Part shown: piece by piece, positions 20,401-29,921 of the stretch
How positions within the stretch are numbered: position 1 is the stretch's first letter
Layout of the letters: each line of letters starts with the position of its first letter
DNA from: an uncultured virus (IMG/VR IMGVR_UViG_3300042292_001068)
Lineage: Duplodnaviria > Heunggongvirae > Uroviricota > Caudoviricetes
Strand: one strand, 5' to 3'
DNA: 64,000 bases
IMG/VR virus record: IMGVR_UViG_3300042292_001068
Program-made: the position numbers and the translations under genes
Notes under the pieces: model-generated
Seen by the model: the letters and a program-made list of their open reading frames with translations, nothing else
What the model was told of the DNA's origin: nothing
The model's database searches: none

Positions 20401-22899
20401 TACAAGATTGTAAATGGAAAAAGCAAGTCGGGTAAATACTCACAGGATAATGATTTGATTGAAGAACTTGGGTACAAGGTTCAAAAGTATTCTGATGGTG
20501 GAGAATTGGAAAATGAAGAATTAAATAAAATAAAAGAAGCATACGATTTTGGGAGTGAGTATTTTGAGGGAGAGATTTATGGTCAAGAATACAAAATACG
20601 AATGAATAAAAATCATCCACGAAATTCAAATCGTAATGACGACCAATCAATTCATAATTTGTCGCTTGTAAATGTGGATTATCCAAGTGCCGTTGTATTT
20701 AGAGAAAAATACGACAAAATGCAATATCAGTATGACAAAGTTTACGATTGGGATATAGCAAAAGAAAAAATAGAAGATTTCTTTTATGAGATTAAAGAAA
20801 GGTCAGATGATTATTCCGAAGGTGGTGAAATAAATAAAAATATGAGAAATGAAATAATTGATATTTTGTCTAAAAACGCAAGATACGGAACAAAGATATT
20901 TGATTTACAAGAAGTTGGACTTGAAGTTATTCAAAGTTGTATTAAATCATATACATATTTTGGTAACGCTATTAGACAAGCCAATGAAAATTACATAATG
21001 ATACCTATTAATTATGAGGATAAGTTATTTGCTATTGATAAAAAAGTAGAATATATTTATTTTTCAAAACCAAATGAAACCACAAAAATAAGAATAGAAT
21101 ATAAATACGATATGCAGGATTATCCTGTGCCTGTTTTATTCGATTCTGAATTAATGAATAATGAAGAATATTTTAATATTAATGATTACGAAGAAATAAA
21201 ATCAAGGGAATTTGATTCTGAATTTCTTTATCGTGGAATTAATAACGATGAAATGCTTTCAATAATTGACAATGGTTTCATAAAAAGTAACGCTTCTATG
21301 AATATAGGTAAGCAACAAGAAGAAACCACTTCATTTGCTCAACATATAAGTCAAGCGAGTAGTTATGCCGTTGGATTCAATGCTTGGTTTGATGAAGTAA
21401 CATTTGCTAAACCAAAATACATTTTAAAAGTAAAAAAAGAAGGAGTAAATTATAAACCAACAATAGAAACAGATATTCAGAATGAAGTTGATGTATTTGG
21501 AGAAATTCCAATCCAACAAATAGAATCAATTTATGAGATTAAATTGGGCGAATGTCAAATGGGTAGTGTAGAAATCAATGTTGGTTATGAAAGTAACTTT
21601 TCAGAAGGTTCAAGATTTCCAATGTTCAAAAAAGTATTTGTTAGAAAAACGGATGTTAGCACCTTAATTAACGAAATTAATTCAAAAAACAAAATTGAAA
21701 AAAATAACGATATGACAAATTCAAATCCAAAAGATACAATCACAATGGATATTCCGTTGTTAATTCGTTTCGCAGAATTAATGCGAGAAGATATTAAAAC
21801 AGATGTTGATTTACACAGAGTAGTAGAAAATCTAATTCAAATAAAGGACAAGGGTATTTTAACTATGGATGATTACGAAAGTATCGTTGGAAATGTTACA
21901 GGTACAGAAGAAAATACAAACATAGATGCCGTTGAAGAAGAAAAAATGGCAGAAGGTGGTAAGGTAAATTCTATTAAATCCAAAAAGGGTGATATTAAAA
22001 TTAGTTTGGATGAAAATTGGTATTCAGATGATACAAAAGTAGAATTAGTTCCTGTTTCTGAATTAATGAAGTTCCGTGAGTTTGATAGAAAAGTTAAACC
22101 AAAATACAATCAAGAAAATAGCCGAGATAATATCAATCATTTGAAATTTATGTTTGAAAAAAATGGTGTTCAAGAACCATTGATTATTGAATATTCACCA
22201 CAGGATAAGGCAGTTCTTGTAATTGAAGGAAATCACAGAATAAATTCTGCTATTGATTTAGGTATGGAATATCTTCCTGCAAGAGTTGTATTAAAAAAGT
22301 ATTCAAAATTTACTCCAAGCCAATTAAAAAATTCAATGAAGGTTGAGGGAATTAAAGCAAATAGTAGTAATTATATACCAAGTGATTTAAAGCCAAGTCA
22401 AATAGGTATTACAGGTGCTATGCCTATTTATGGTGATGGTGGTATTATTGAAGGTAGATTACATTCTGAATGTGGCGATGATGGTTGTGGTCGGAAATTT
22501 CAAGTAGGTGAAGATGGACATATTATTGAAGCCGAAAGAGATGAAGCCGTTATTGTTGCAAATGCTTTTAAAAGTAATGAAGAATTAACAATAAAAGGAA
22601 CTCTATCCGAAGTTGCAAGTGCATTGAATGTTGTGGGTGGTGGTAAAAACTTTGACAAGGGTGCTACAATAATTAAAAATGGTAGCGTATTAGAAATACC
22701 CGAACTCAAAAAACAGGCAACTAACACGGATGTAGATGATATTATAGACCCTTCATCAATCATTATTAATCGCAGGTCAATGGCTGATACAAAAAAGTAT
22801 GAAGTTACAGGTACACCCAAGCAAATCGCAAGTGCAATAAATAGTATCAACGGAAATGGAGTTGTTATTGAGAATGGTGCTGAAATAAAAGAAAATTGA
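17443..22899 (+). CDS. Polyvalent protein 2: ART-PolyVal, two R-S-E ART-like units, GNAT, zincin, Zn ribbon, ParB/Srx-like and others
   Basis: VYHGS..GFYFT; QRVGIGRK; HELGH..ETFAE; CxxC..CxxC; LYRG..TSF..QNEV; IEGNHR; 9 xxxGG junctions; ATG at 17443. Confidence 0.85.
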   Translation: MAKLLAPNGKPSNLSPEQYELVRLPEFKAWFGDWENLILTKINDSGIDEISLKRLEDGVSKVVDENGEPLPVYHGSKNIFNQFDKIKIGFNTDNALRGFYFTDNSSVAYSYTYDEMEDEYSGNVIEVFLYANKIKIIDAENKNWLEFSETSYIDTQIKKEFENGYDCIIVKNISDPFIDMENGTDYYGNNFVVDNPNQIKLADGTNTTFDAGNPDIRFEDGGAINKSNDFIGTWEELKKYNPNLWETGILRRSQNPQGATDIIPKDVFIRQFQWQNYGQYDEIEAETIYGEPDNYGYYNDTDGNPITDERTGNYLKDEFDYENNAERIKATISNKQLKNNLIDSFQTQEGKEYLKKVIATLPKNEDGTITAYRIGTIGEDLQSYTLSEGMAKTFSNQGTDIMPSGLPSIPNEGYKDYGVLPVNKVKINPKGIVAWSPYDSEILVELKYIKTDNSKNSYADGGGVTDSYKIEFIDDRVLINRNDFGLLEFSIKENELEIRRLYLNKENQRVGIGRKIIGELFNQNPDVNKIIVYPLGSSIPFWLRFTEKVREDDYFEITKDSLKKGNENYPLKNNNRNDKFNDGGETQINEEAQQYIDIISMNPKLDKYQKYKVILKDKFGIDFDSIYKDQEYIDNANLNDIKKQDDFLDFDNWLNYAKIISKKRGFIPMDSYLTPSDKYKLTDEIWNETSKNLDFIIKKIPYTERGTGSGDIARAFGDTIYYTDYADFYYFLHELGHIYNFQNNIEGIIKNPAYSPTNYGTTNGGETFAENFAIYFINPMALKNWNEDVYNAMDSEINEKYKNEINRIMPKNKDITFENGGDVIINPTEIECHTCHWKWKVKDGGDDLFICHKCYTDNTKYYKFEGLEGEKILDTISYAKGGRTIAQAPAPKKDQIKGSDKNKEGSSKDLKSAKKIELSDSTIEAIKNKVDKHNEKYPKKKITIDSAKAVVRRGMGAYSTSYRPTISGGKPNSRVAWGLARLNAFLYKIVNGKSKSGKYSQDNDLIEELGYKVQKYSDGGELENEELNKIKEAYDFGSEYFEGEIYGQEYKIRMNKNHPRNSNRNDDQSIHNLSLVNVDYPSAVVFREKYDKMQYQYDKVYDWDIAKEKIEDFFYEIKERSDDYSEGGEINKNMRNEIIDILSKNARYGTKIFDLQEVGLEVIQSCIKSYTYFGNAIRQANENYIMIPINYEDKLFAIDKKVEYIYFSKPNETTKIRIEYKYDMQDYPVPVLFDSELMNNEEYFNINDYEEIKSREFDSEFLYRGINNDEMLSIIDNGFIKSNASMNIGKQQEETTSFAQHISQASSYAVGFNAWFDEVTFAKPKYILKVKKEGVNYKPTIETDIQNEVDVFGEIPIQQIESIYEIKLGECQMGSVEINVGYESNFSEGSRFPMFKKVFVRKTDVSTLINEINSKNKIEKNNDMTNSNPKDTITMDIPLLIRFAELMREDIKTDVDLHRVVENLIQIKDKGILTMDDYESIVGNVTGTEENTNIDAVEEEKMAEGGKVNSIKSKKGDIKISLDENWYSDDTKVELVPVSELMKFREFDRKVKPKYNQENSRDNINHLKFMFEKNGVQEPLIIEYSPQDKAVLVIEGNHRINSAIDLGMEYLPARVVLKKYSKFTPSQLKNSMKVEGIKANSSNYIPSDLKPSQIGITGAMPIYGDGGIIEGRLHSECGDDGCGRKFQVGEDGHIIEAERDEAVIVANAFKSNEELTIKGTLSEVASALNVVGGGKNFDKGATIIKNGSVLEIPELKKQATNTDVDDIIDPSSIIINRRSMADTKKYEVTGTPKQIASAINSINGNGVVIENGAEIKEN

Positions 22900-22967
22900 C
22901 AACATTGACAAAAAGTTAGTCAATAATAAATTTTATCGAATATATACTATACTTCAAGTATTTACAT

Positions 22968-22975
22968 TAAATTTG
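22968..22975 (+). promoter_or_regulatory. Bacteroidota-type -7 promoter box TAAATTTG
   Basis: TAnnTTTG in intergenic region upstream of 23047. Confidence 0.5.
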
Positions 22976-23046
22976 ATTGTTTTTTGTGTTTTGTAAAAAA
23001 GCAACAATAACAAAAATATAGTCAATTATAATTAAATTACGCAGAT

Positions 23047-23262
23047 ATGTATAGTGAAAGCGATTTAGATAAATTAATCACAGAGAGTATTTTAGAGGCA
23101 AAGGATATGCCTTACATTTCTTTATTTGCAACAACTGATGCAGGTATGAGAAAAATACATTTCAGAATTAAACAACACATTTTGGTTCGTGGTATTGCAG
23201 ATATTGATACTGCTATCGGATTAGTAGATACTGAATTAGGAACTCCAAACACACAAGATTAA
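23047..23262 (+). CDS. Hypothetical protein
   Basis: 71 aa ORF. Confidence 0.65.
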   Translation: MYSESDLDKLITESILEAKDMPYISLFATTDAGMRKIHFRIKQHILVRGIADIDTAIGLVDTELGTPNTQD

Positions 23263-23274
23263 AAAATAATTATT

Positions 23275-26200
23275 ATGGAAGATTTGAATTTATACAAAAA
23301 TTTATACAACGAAAATTATACTGATGCTCGTAAGAATGATTTGATTCAAAAGGTTTTTGAAAACAAAACAAAATCATTACTTTCTCAAAGGTCGGAAACA
23401 ATTAAAATGGCAACAGGTGGTAGTGTAGAAGATAAAATCTATACGCCTTATGAGTTTTTGCACGAATTGTTACCAAAGGTATATGATAGAGATTACATTG
23501 TAACTGATGAAGTTGGAAAACAATACAACGAAAGAATTGAGCAAGAACAAAAAGAATTAGATGAATATCTTAATTCTCAACTTGTTAAATATGGTGTTAA
23601 TTCATTGTATAAGATTGATGATAAAGTATTAATTGAAGAAATTGAAATTAGACGAAGAAAATTAATTTCAGATAAATCTTTTATTACTGAAACTGAACTT
23701 GTCGCTTATTTATTTTGTCATCCCGAATTGCATACGGAACACTATGTAAAACAAATGCCTGTTTATGATGTTCAATTTCTTTTAGGTCAAGGTGTAATTA
23801 TGGTTGATTATGACAAGCCAAATAATAGTTATTCCTATGTATATGTGTATGAGTATTTGAGTGGTAATTTATATAAGAAATTAACACGATTAAGAGAGAA
23901 GAAAGATAGATTAATGGAACTTGGTGTATTAACCGAAGAACAATTTATTTTACAGGAAAGTGCATTAAGAAATAATCTGCCAACACAAGGTAAAATCACA
24001 AAAGATTTAGATACTTGTTTATTTATTCTTCCAAATTCCAAATTCGGAACTGATTTTTATATTGCACCCGAAGATGTAATGGATATTAATATGAGCCGAA
24101 GCCAAAGTTTTATCGAAACTTTTAAAGATTGGACAAGGACAGAATTAGATTTAGCGTTAATTACGAAATCAAGAACATTAGCAGAAGTTCATAAATACTT
24201 TTCTGATTTAGCACCTATGGGTACAGAAGATGAAAGACAATATTCAGACCGAAGAAAAAAAGCATTTTTTGATGGTAAGATAGTATTGATGGAATTTATG
24301 AATAAAGGTTTAACAACTAACTGCCAAATGAGATTGGAGTATGTTTGGAATGAAACTTATAATTTCTATTCAGAACCGAAATACTATAAAATTCCTGTTG
24401 CTTGTCATTTATCAAATAAATTCAAAAACGGAAAAGAATTTACGCCAAATGAATCACAAATTCAATCAATTCAATTTGCAAAATCAGTTGGAAGTGGATT
24501 ACTTGCTTATGGTGTAGGTGTTGGTAAAACGGCATCTGCAATTTTGAATGTATCTTATGCTATTGATAATGAATTGTGTAAAAAACCAATTTTCGTTGTT
24601 CCTAATGCAACTTATGAAAAATGGAAAATGGAAATGTTTGGTGGTGTAAAAACTATTTACGAAGTTTTCTATACTGAAAATGATACTTCGCTTTCATTAA
24701 CATTTGAGGTTCAAAGTAAGGCAGAGAAATTTGCCAAAGCCGTAAATGGTAAAATGAAAACTTTGACAGAAAACATTTATGGACATATTTCACATATTAC
24801 TAATTATGTGGAACTATACAATTTGAATGAATCAAGAGTTCTTAAAATAAAGGATTATACAGATGGTGAAGAATTGCAAATTAAAACTATTTCTGATTTA
24901 CTTATTTATTTAAAATCATTACCAAAAGATTATCAATTTGATAATGCTGAAATAAATAGCAATATCCGTGATAAATACGATGATTTTGAACTTGAAAATA
25001 TTGTAAGAGATTATAATGCGTTTATTGATGAAGGTTTTGATGTTTGGTGGGAGAAAAGAAAAAATAGAGAAGCACACGGCTACGATTATAACGAAGGTAG
25101 AGATTGGTATATTAAGAATATAATCAAAATGACCTTGAAAGAATACTTTGAAAAAGGTATTAAAACATATCGTGAAGAACTTCCTTACATTTTAGGAACA
25201 TTAAAAACATTCCCCGAAAAAACTATTTTCTTGGCAACCTACGAAGCGTTAGAGCATTTAGGTTTGGTTATGCAAGAAAATTTTGAATTGAGAGATAATA
25301 ATTCTCTTTTTGGTCGTGTTTTTAATGAGGTTTCACAAGGAGATTTGATTGGTAATGCGAACTACGAAGCAACAAGAAATTTACCTGTATTATGGAGAGA
25401 TTCTGTATATGGTAAAATTAAAACAAAAGTTGATGTTACTCAATTAGGATTAGATTATGTAGTTTTTGACGAATCGCATTTGTTGAAAAAGGTTATAATG
25501 GATAGTAAAGGTATTCCCACAGGTCAAGTTAGAGGTGGGGCAGGTACTTCTATGCGTGAAGCAAGAAAATATAGTTTTGGTGCAAACGAACTTCCATCTA
25601 CACTTGGTTTAACAGGTTATTTTTTAACTCGTTATATTCAAGATAATAACAATGGAAATAATGTAATGCACTTAACTGCAACACCATTTACAAATAAACC
25701 TGCTGAAATCTATTCAATGCTTTCCCTTACTAACAGAAAAATGTTAATGGAAAGTGGTTTCTTGTATATGGAACAATTCTTTGATGTATTTATGGATATT
25801 TCATTTGAATTGATTTTTGGAAATACAGGTGTAACAAGAAAGGAATCTCTTTTAGGTTATCGTAACTTACCACAATTAAGAAATCTTATCTATTCAATGA
25901 TGGATTATAAAAGTGGTGAAGATGCTAACATTAAAAGACCCGAAAAAATTCTATTCCCAAGTTATGAAAATAACAGGGAAACTACACTTCCCGAAACTCC
26001 TACACAGGATGCTTTATTCAGACAAATTAAGGATTATCAAAGAGGTAGAATTGAATATGCAGAACTTTGTGCTGATGCAGTTGAGGAAATTGATGTTGAT
26101 GAATTAACAGAAGAAGAATTGATTAATTATTTGGGAGATAAAGGAACTGATGCTCAAAAAGAAAAATATGACCTTTTAGAAAAACCATTAAATGAAGAAG

Positions 26201-28527
26201 ATTTAACTGCCTTAAAAGGAATCGTTAAAAAACTTTATGAAAAATCTGATGATTTAAACGAAAGTCAAATTTCGGATGGTTCAGAAAGAGATGCGTTCAG
26301 AGTTGTAAAAGGATTAACGCTTTTAAAAGCCGTTACATTAAGTCCATTCTTATCTATGTGCCAAAAAGAAGCAGGTGTTGAACCTACTTATGCTCAATAT
26401 ATAGAAAGTTCACCAAAATTGACTTATACGCTTCAATGTGTAAAAAGTATTCACGATTACGAATTAGAAAATGATTTACCAAAATCGGGAATTGTAATTT
26501 ATATGAATATTGGTGTAAATGTTTCTTTCAAAAGTAAAGATGGAAGAAAATCAAAATGGGCAGAGGGTGGATTTCAAAAAATTAAACAATATCTTATTAA
26601 CCGAATGGGATATAGTGAAGATGAAATTTCTATTGTTTCGGGTGGACTTTCACCGATTGAAAAAGAAAGAGCAAAAAATAGATTCCTTTCGGGTAAAAGT
26701 ACCGTTTTAATTGGTTCTTCTACTATTTCAACAGGTGTGGATTTGCAAAATAATGCTTCTGCTTTATTCCTTTGTTCTTTCGATTGGAATCCAACTGATA
26801 ATGAGCAAATTGCAGGTCGAATCCACAGACAAGGAAATAGATTTGAAAAAATCCGAATTGTTTATCCAATGGTAATGAACTCGGCAGACCCGAATATATT
26901 CCAACAACTTTACGAAAAAACACTTCGTATTAAAAATATTTGGGATAGAAATGACAAAGGAAATACTTTGGACTTGAAAGATTTCGATGTTAATTCATTG
27001 AGAAAAGGTATTTTGGATGAACCCGAAGATTTAGCCGTTTATTGGAGAGAAGAACAAACCGAAGAATTAGAAACTTTGGATATTGTATTAGACAGACGAT
27101 TAACTGATTTGCGTAATGCAAGAGCAGATAAGGATAATCTTGATTTATATACACCACAAATGAAAGGAATGATTGTGGTTATTGATGCTTACAGAAAATA
27201 TAAAGCAAGGGAAGAAGCAAAGGCACGAATGGATGAAAAAATTGCCGATGCACAAGATGAATATGATGAAAAGGTAGCAGAATTAAAACAACAACTTGAA
27301 GATGATGATGATTTCGCACCGAAATATTCGGTTGAAATGAAAAAAGCGAAAGAAAAATTAGAGAAAGTTAAAGAAAAGGCAAAAGAAGATGTTTATGATT
27401 TTGAAAATGACCCCGAAGGCAGGTATAAGTATTTGACTTATGACGAAATTGGCGATGGGGATGATTTATTAAAAATGGTAAATAGATATATTACTAATTC
27501 AGATTCATATTATAAAAAGTTAGGTTATAATAGTGATTTAGCAGATATTTACAGAGGTTGGTTAAGAGATAATTTCCCAAGATTCCAAGATGGTAAATAT
27601 GATTTATCGTTATCCGAAGAAGAAGATAATGAAAATAGATATATAGATTATCAATCTTCTGCACCCGAATATAATGCAAACAGATGGAAGGGTTCTTATC
27701 GTAGTTTTGGTAAAGTAAAAGAAAACCTGCAAATTTTAGGAATTGAATTTGATGATATTCCACAGGCGATTGATGGTATCAATGAAGAAAAGGAAAGAAT
27801 TAAACAAGAATTGGAAAATGTAAAACAACAATTACCAATTAAATTGCAAGAATTTATTTTAGCAAAAGAAGAACGAATGGTTATTCAGCCAACTATTCAA
27901 CAGAGAGTTGATGAATTTGCAGAGATGAATCCTATTCTACACGAAGTAGTTCCTGTACTTCCAATGGATAAAGCAAAAGCAGTTGAAATTCCAACTGAAA
28001 AACTTCCAATCAAGCCAAGTCAAAATCAAATTGAAAAAGAAGTAATTCAAGAAATTGAAGAAGCAGTTATCGAAGAAGAAGTTGAAGATTTAATTGATAC
28101 AAGTAATTTAATTCAGAATCTTCAAAATGGAATGATTGTCAGATTTGATTTTGGTAAAAACAAAAAAGGCAATAAGGTTATAGATATATTATTTGAAGAT
28201 GGAGAATATATTTTATATACTGCATTTGAAAATTCTAATCGTGAAGTTGTGAGTGATGAAGAAGAAATTATATCGGAATCAGAGGTAATTGATTTTTACA
28301 TTAAGCATAATAATAAAATTTCGGAAGAATTTTATGACGATGGAACGGCAGAAGAAGAAATTATTCCTGCTGAAACAGAAATGGAAGAAGTTTCCAAAGC
28401 ACAGATGTACCAAGATTTAATTGAAGGTTATGAATTTGCATTAGAACTTGAAACTGATGAAGAAAAAATCGAAATGTATAATTCCTTAATTGAAGGTTAT
28501 CAATTTGCATTAGAATTAGAAAACTAA
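23275..28527 (+). CDS. SNF2/SF2 helicase-like protein of the polyvalent (DarB-like) type
   Basis: GLLAYGVGVGKT, DESH, TATPFTN, TGVDLQ, QIAGRIHRQGN; no methyltransferase motifs seen. Confidence 0.9.
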   Translation: MEDLNLYKNLYNENYTDARKNDLIQKVFENKTKSLLSQRSETIKMATGGSVEDKIYTPYEFLHELLPKVYDRDYIVTDEVGKQYNERIEQEQKELDEYLNSQLVKYGVNSLYKIDDKVLIEEIEIRRRKLISDKSFITETELVAYLFCHPELHTEHYVKQMPVYDVQFLLGQGVIMVDYDKPNNSYSYVYVYEYLSGNLYKKLTRLREKKDRLMELGVLTEEQFILQESALRNNLPTQGKITKDLDTCLFILPNSKFGTDFYIAPEDVMDINMSRSQSFIETFKDWTRTELDLALITKSRTLAEVHKYFSDLAPMGTEDERQYSDRRKKAFFDGKIVLMEFMNKGLTTNCQMRLEYVWNETYNFYSEPKYYKIPVACHLSNKFKNGKEFTPNESQIQSIQFAKSVGSGLLAYGVGVGKTASAILNVSYAIDNELCKKPIFVVPNATYEKWKMEMFGGVKTIYEVFYTENDTSLSLTFEVQSKAEKFAKAVNGKMKTLTENIYGHISHITNYVELYNLNESRVLKIKDYTDGEELQIKTISDLLIYLKSLPKDYQFDNAEINSNIRDKYDDFELENIVRDYNAFIDEGFDVWWEKRKNREAHGYDYNEGRDWYIKNIIKMTLKEYFEKGIKTYREELPYILGTLKTFPEKTIFLATYEALEHLGLVMQENFELRDNNSLFGRVFNEVSQGDLIGNANYEATRNLPVLWRDSVYGKIKTKVDVTQLGLDYVVFDESHLLKKVIMDSKGIPTGQVRGGAGTSMREARKYSFGANELPSTLGLTGYFLTRYIQDNNNGNNVMHLTATPFTNKPAEIYSMLSLTNRKMLMESGFLYMEQFFDVFMDISFELIFGNTGVTRKESLLGYRNLPQLRNLIYSMMDYKSGEDANIKRPEKILFPSYENNRETTLPETPTQDALFRQIKDYQRGRIEYAELCADAVEEIDVDELTEEELINYLGDKGTDAQKEKYDLLEKPLNEEDLTALKGIVKKLYEKSDDLNESQISDGSERDAFRVVKGLTLLKAVTLSPFLSMCQKEAGVEPTYAQYIESSPKLTYTLQCVKSIHDYELENDLPKSGIVIYMNIGVNVSFKSKDGRKSKWAEGGFQKIKQYLINRMGYSEDEISIVSGGLSPIEKERAKNRFLSGKSTVLIGSSTISTGVDLQNNASALFLCSFDWNPTDNEQIAGRIHRQGNRFEKIRIVYPMVMNSADPNIFQQLYEKTLRIKNIWDRNDKGNTLDLKDFDVNSLRKGILDEPEDLAVYWREEQTEELETLDIVLDRRLTDLRNARADKDNLDLYTPQMKGMIVVIDAYRKYKAREEAKARMDEKIADAQDEYDEKVAELKQQLEDDDDFAPKYSVEMKKAKEKLEKVKEKAKEDVYDFENDPEGRYKYLTYDEIGDGDDLLKMVNRYITNSDSYYKKLGYNSDLADIYRGWLRDNFPRFQDGKYDLSLSEEEDNENRYIDYQSSAPEYNANRWKGSYRSFGKVKENLQILGIEFDDIPQAIDGINEEKERIKQELENVKQQLPIKLQEFILAKEERMVIQPTIQQRVDEFAEMNPILHEVVPVLPMDKAKAVEIPTEKLPIKPSQNQIEKEVIQEIEEAVIEEEVEDLIDTSNLIQNLQNGMIVRFDFGKNKKGNKVIDILFEDGEYILYTAFENSNREVVSDEEEIISESEVIDFYIKHNNKISEEFYDDGTAEEEIIPAETEMEEVSKAQMYQDLIEGYEFALELETDEEKIEMYNSLIEGYQFALELEN

Positions 28528-28555
28528 TAATTTACTTAAATAAAAACAAAACAAA

Positions 28556-29356
28556 ATGAGAACAAGAAGATATGCAGGTGGTGGTGAAACACAAGCCAAA
28601 ATTGATAAGTTACAAGCACTTATTGATAATCCGAAAACATCAGCCGATGACAGAAAGAATTTCCAAGAAATAATTAAGAAATTCAAAGAGAAATTAGCAT
28701 CTGAAACAAAGCAAACTGCTACGGAAAAACCAAAACCAACGGCTACTGCTAAACCTGTGGCAAAGAAACCTGTGGTAAAAAAACCTGTGGCTAAAAAGCC
28801 AACTGCTACGGCTACTGCTAAACCTGTGGCTAAAAAGCCAACTTTTACGGCTAAACCGAAACCAACGGAAAAACCTGTGGCTAAAAAACCTATTGGTAAA
28901 AAGCCAACGGCTAAACCTGTCGCTAAAAAATTGCCGAAAGGAGTACAGATGATTTCTAAAAAGCGTGTTGTAGTTAATGGTAAAGAAATGAGTACAGATA
29001 GCAAAGAATTTTGTGATTTCTTGACTGCTGAATTTATCAAAAGAAAAGAACAAGCGAAATCTCAACAAGGAACTCGTAAGAAAACGAAATCCGTAATGGA
29101 ACAAGTTTCAAATAATATTGAAAAAGGTGTTCAAAAAGCAATTAAAACAGGTATCGCTAAACAAATTCCAACGCTTAAAAAGAATCCAAAAGTATTTATT
29201 GGTAAAGTTCAGAAACTTGAAACTGCTACTAAAAATTTCTTGACACAATTAAAAGAAGTGTTAGGTAATGATTACGATGCAAAAGAAGTTACTGATTCAG
29301 TAAATGCAATTCACAAGTTGATTGAGGACTTGAAGAAAAAATACGAAAAAAAATAA
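28556..29356 (+). CDS. Histone-H1-like Lys/Ala/Pro-rich DNA-condensing protein
   Basis: Multiple KPVAKK and KPTATA repeats; starts MRTRRYAGGG. Confidence 0.7.
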   Translation: MRTRRYAGGGETQAKIDKLQALIDNPKTSADDRKNFQEIIKKFKEKLASETKQTATEKPKPTATAKPVAKKPVVKKPVAKKPTATATAKPVAKKPTFTAKPKPTEKPVAKKPIGKKPTAKPVAKKLPKGVQMISKKRVVVNGKEMSTDSKEFCDFLTAEFIKRKEQAKSQQGTRKKTKSVMEQVSNNIEKGVQKAIKTGIAKQIPTLKKNPKVFIGKVQKLETATKNFLTQLKEVLGNDYDAKEVTDSVNAIHKLIEDLKKKYEKK

Positions 29357-29363
29357 TTAGTTT

Positions 29364-29921
29364 ATGACACATTGGGAATTTAGTCATATATCTTTTGATG
29401 GTGAATTAACTGACGACAAAATTGTTTGTCAAAATTGTGGTTGGTCTTGGAATGTCAAAGATGGTGGTGATGATTTGTATGTGTGCCATAAATGTTATGC
29501 TGATAACTCTAATTTTTATTTACCAAAAGATACTATGTACTCTAATGCAGATTATTCCCAAGCAATTACGCAGGGAATTTCTGCGATTGGTAGTATTGGT
29601 TCAAGTGTTGCTCAAAATAAAGCAAATAAAGAAGCAGGTAAAACGAATATTCAACGAGAAGTTGAAACAAGATGTGGAAAAGACAAATCTAAATCTTGGA
29701 TTAAAAAGAAAAAAAATGCTTTTTTATCTTGTCGTGATTCAGTAATTAAGCAATTAGATACGGATAAAAAAATATCGGCAGACCAAAAACAAAAACAACA
29801 ACAAATACAACAACAAGCATTGTTACAAAATAGTAAACAACAAAGAAATCAAACATACATTGTTGTTGGTATAATTGCAGTAATTTTAGGAGTTGCTATT
29901 TATAAAAAAATGAACAAATGA
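29364..29921 (+). CDS. Zn-ribbon plus C-terminal TM protein
   Basis: CQNC..CHKC, YSNAD motif, CGK..C, C-terminal hydrophobic helix followed by KK. Confidence 0.75.
   Translation: MTHWEFSHISFDGELTDDKIVCQNCGWSWNVKDGGDDLYVCHKCYADNSNFYLPKDTMYSNADYSQAITQGISAIGSIGSSVAQNKANKEAGKTNIQREVETRCGKDKSKSWIKKKKNAFLSCRDSVIKQLDTDKKISADQKQKQQQIQQQALLQNSKQQRNQTYIVVGIIAVILGVAIYKKMNK

Noticed and set aside
28730..28930. Repeated AAACCTGTGGC units as possible CRISPR or iteron array
   Set aside because: In-frame coding repeats (KPVAKK) with no unique spacers of constant length
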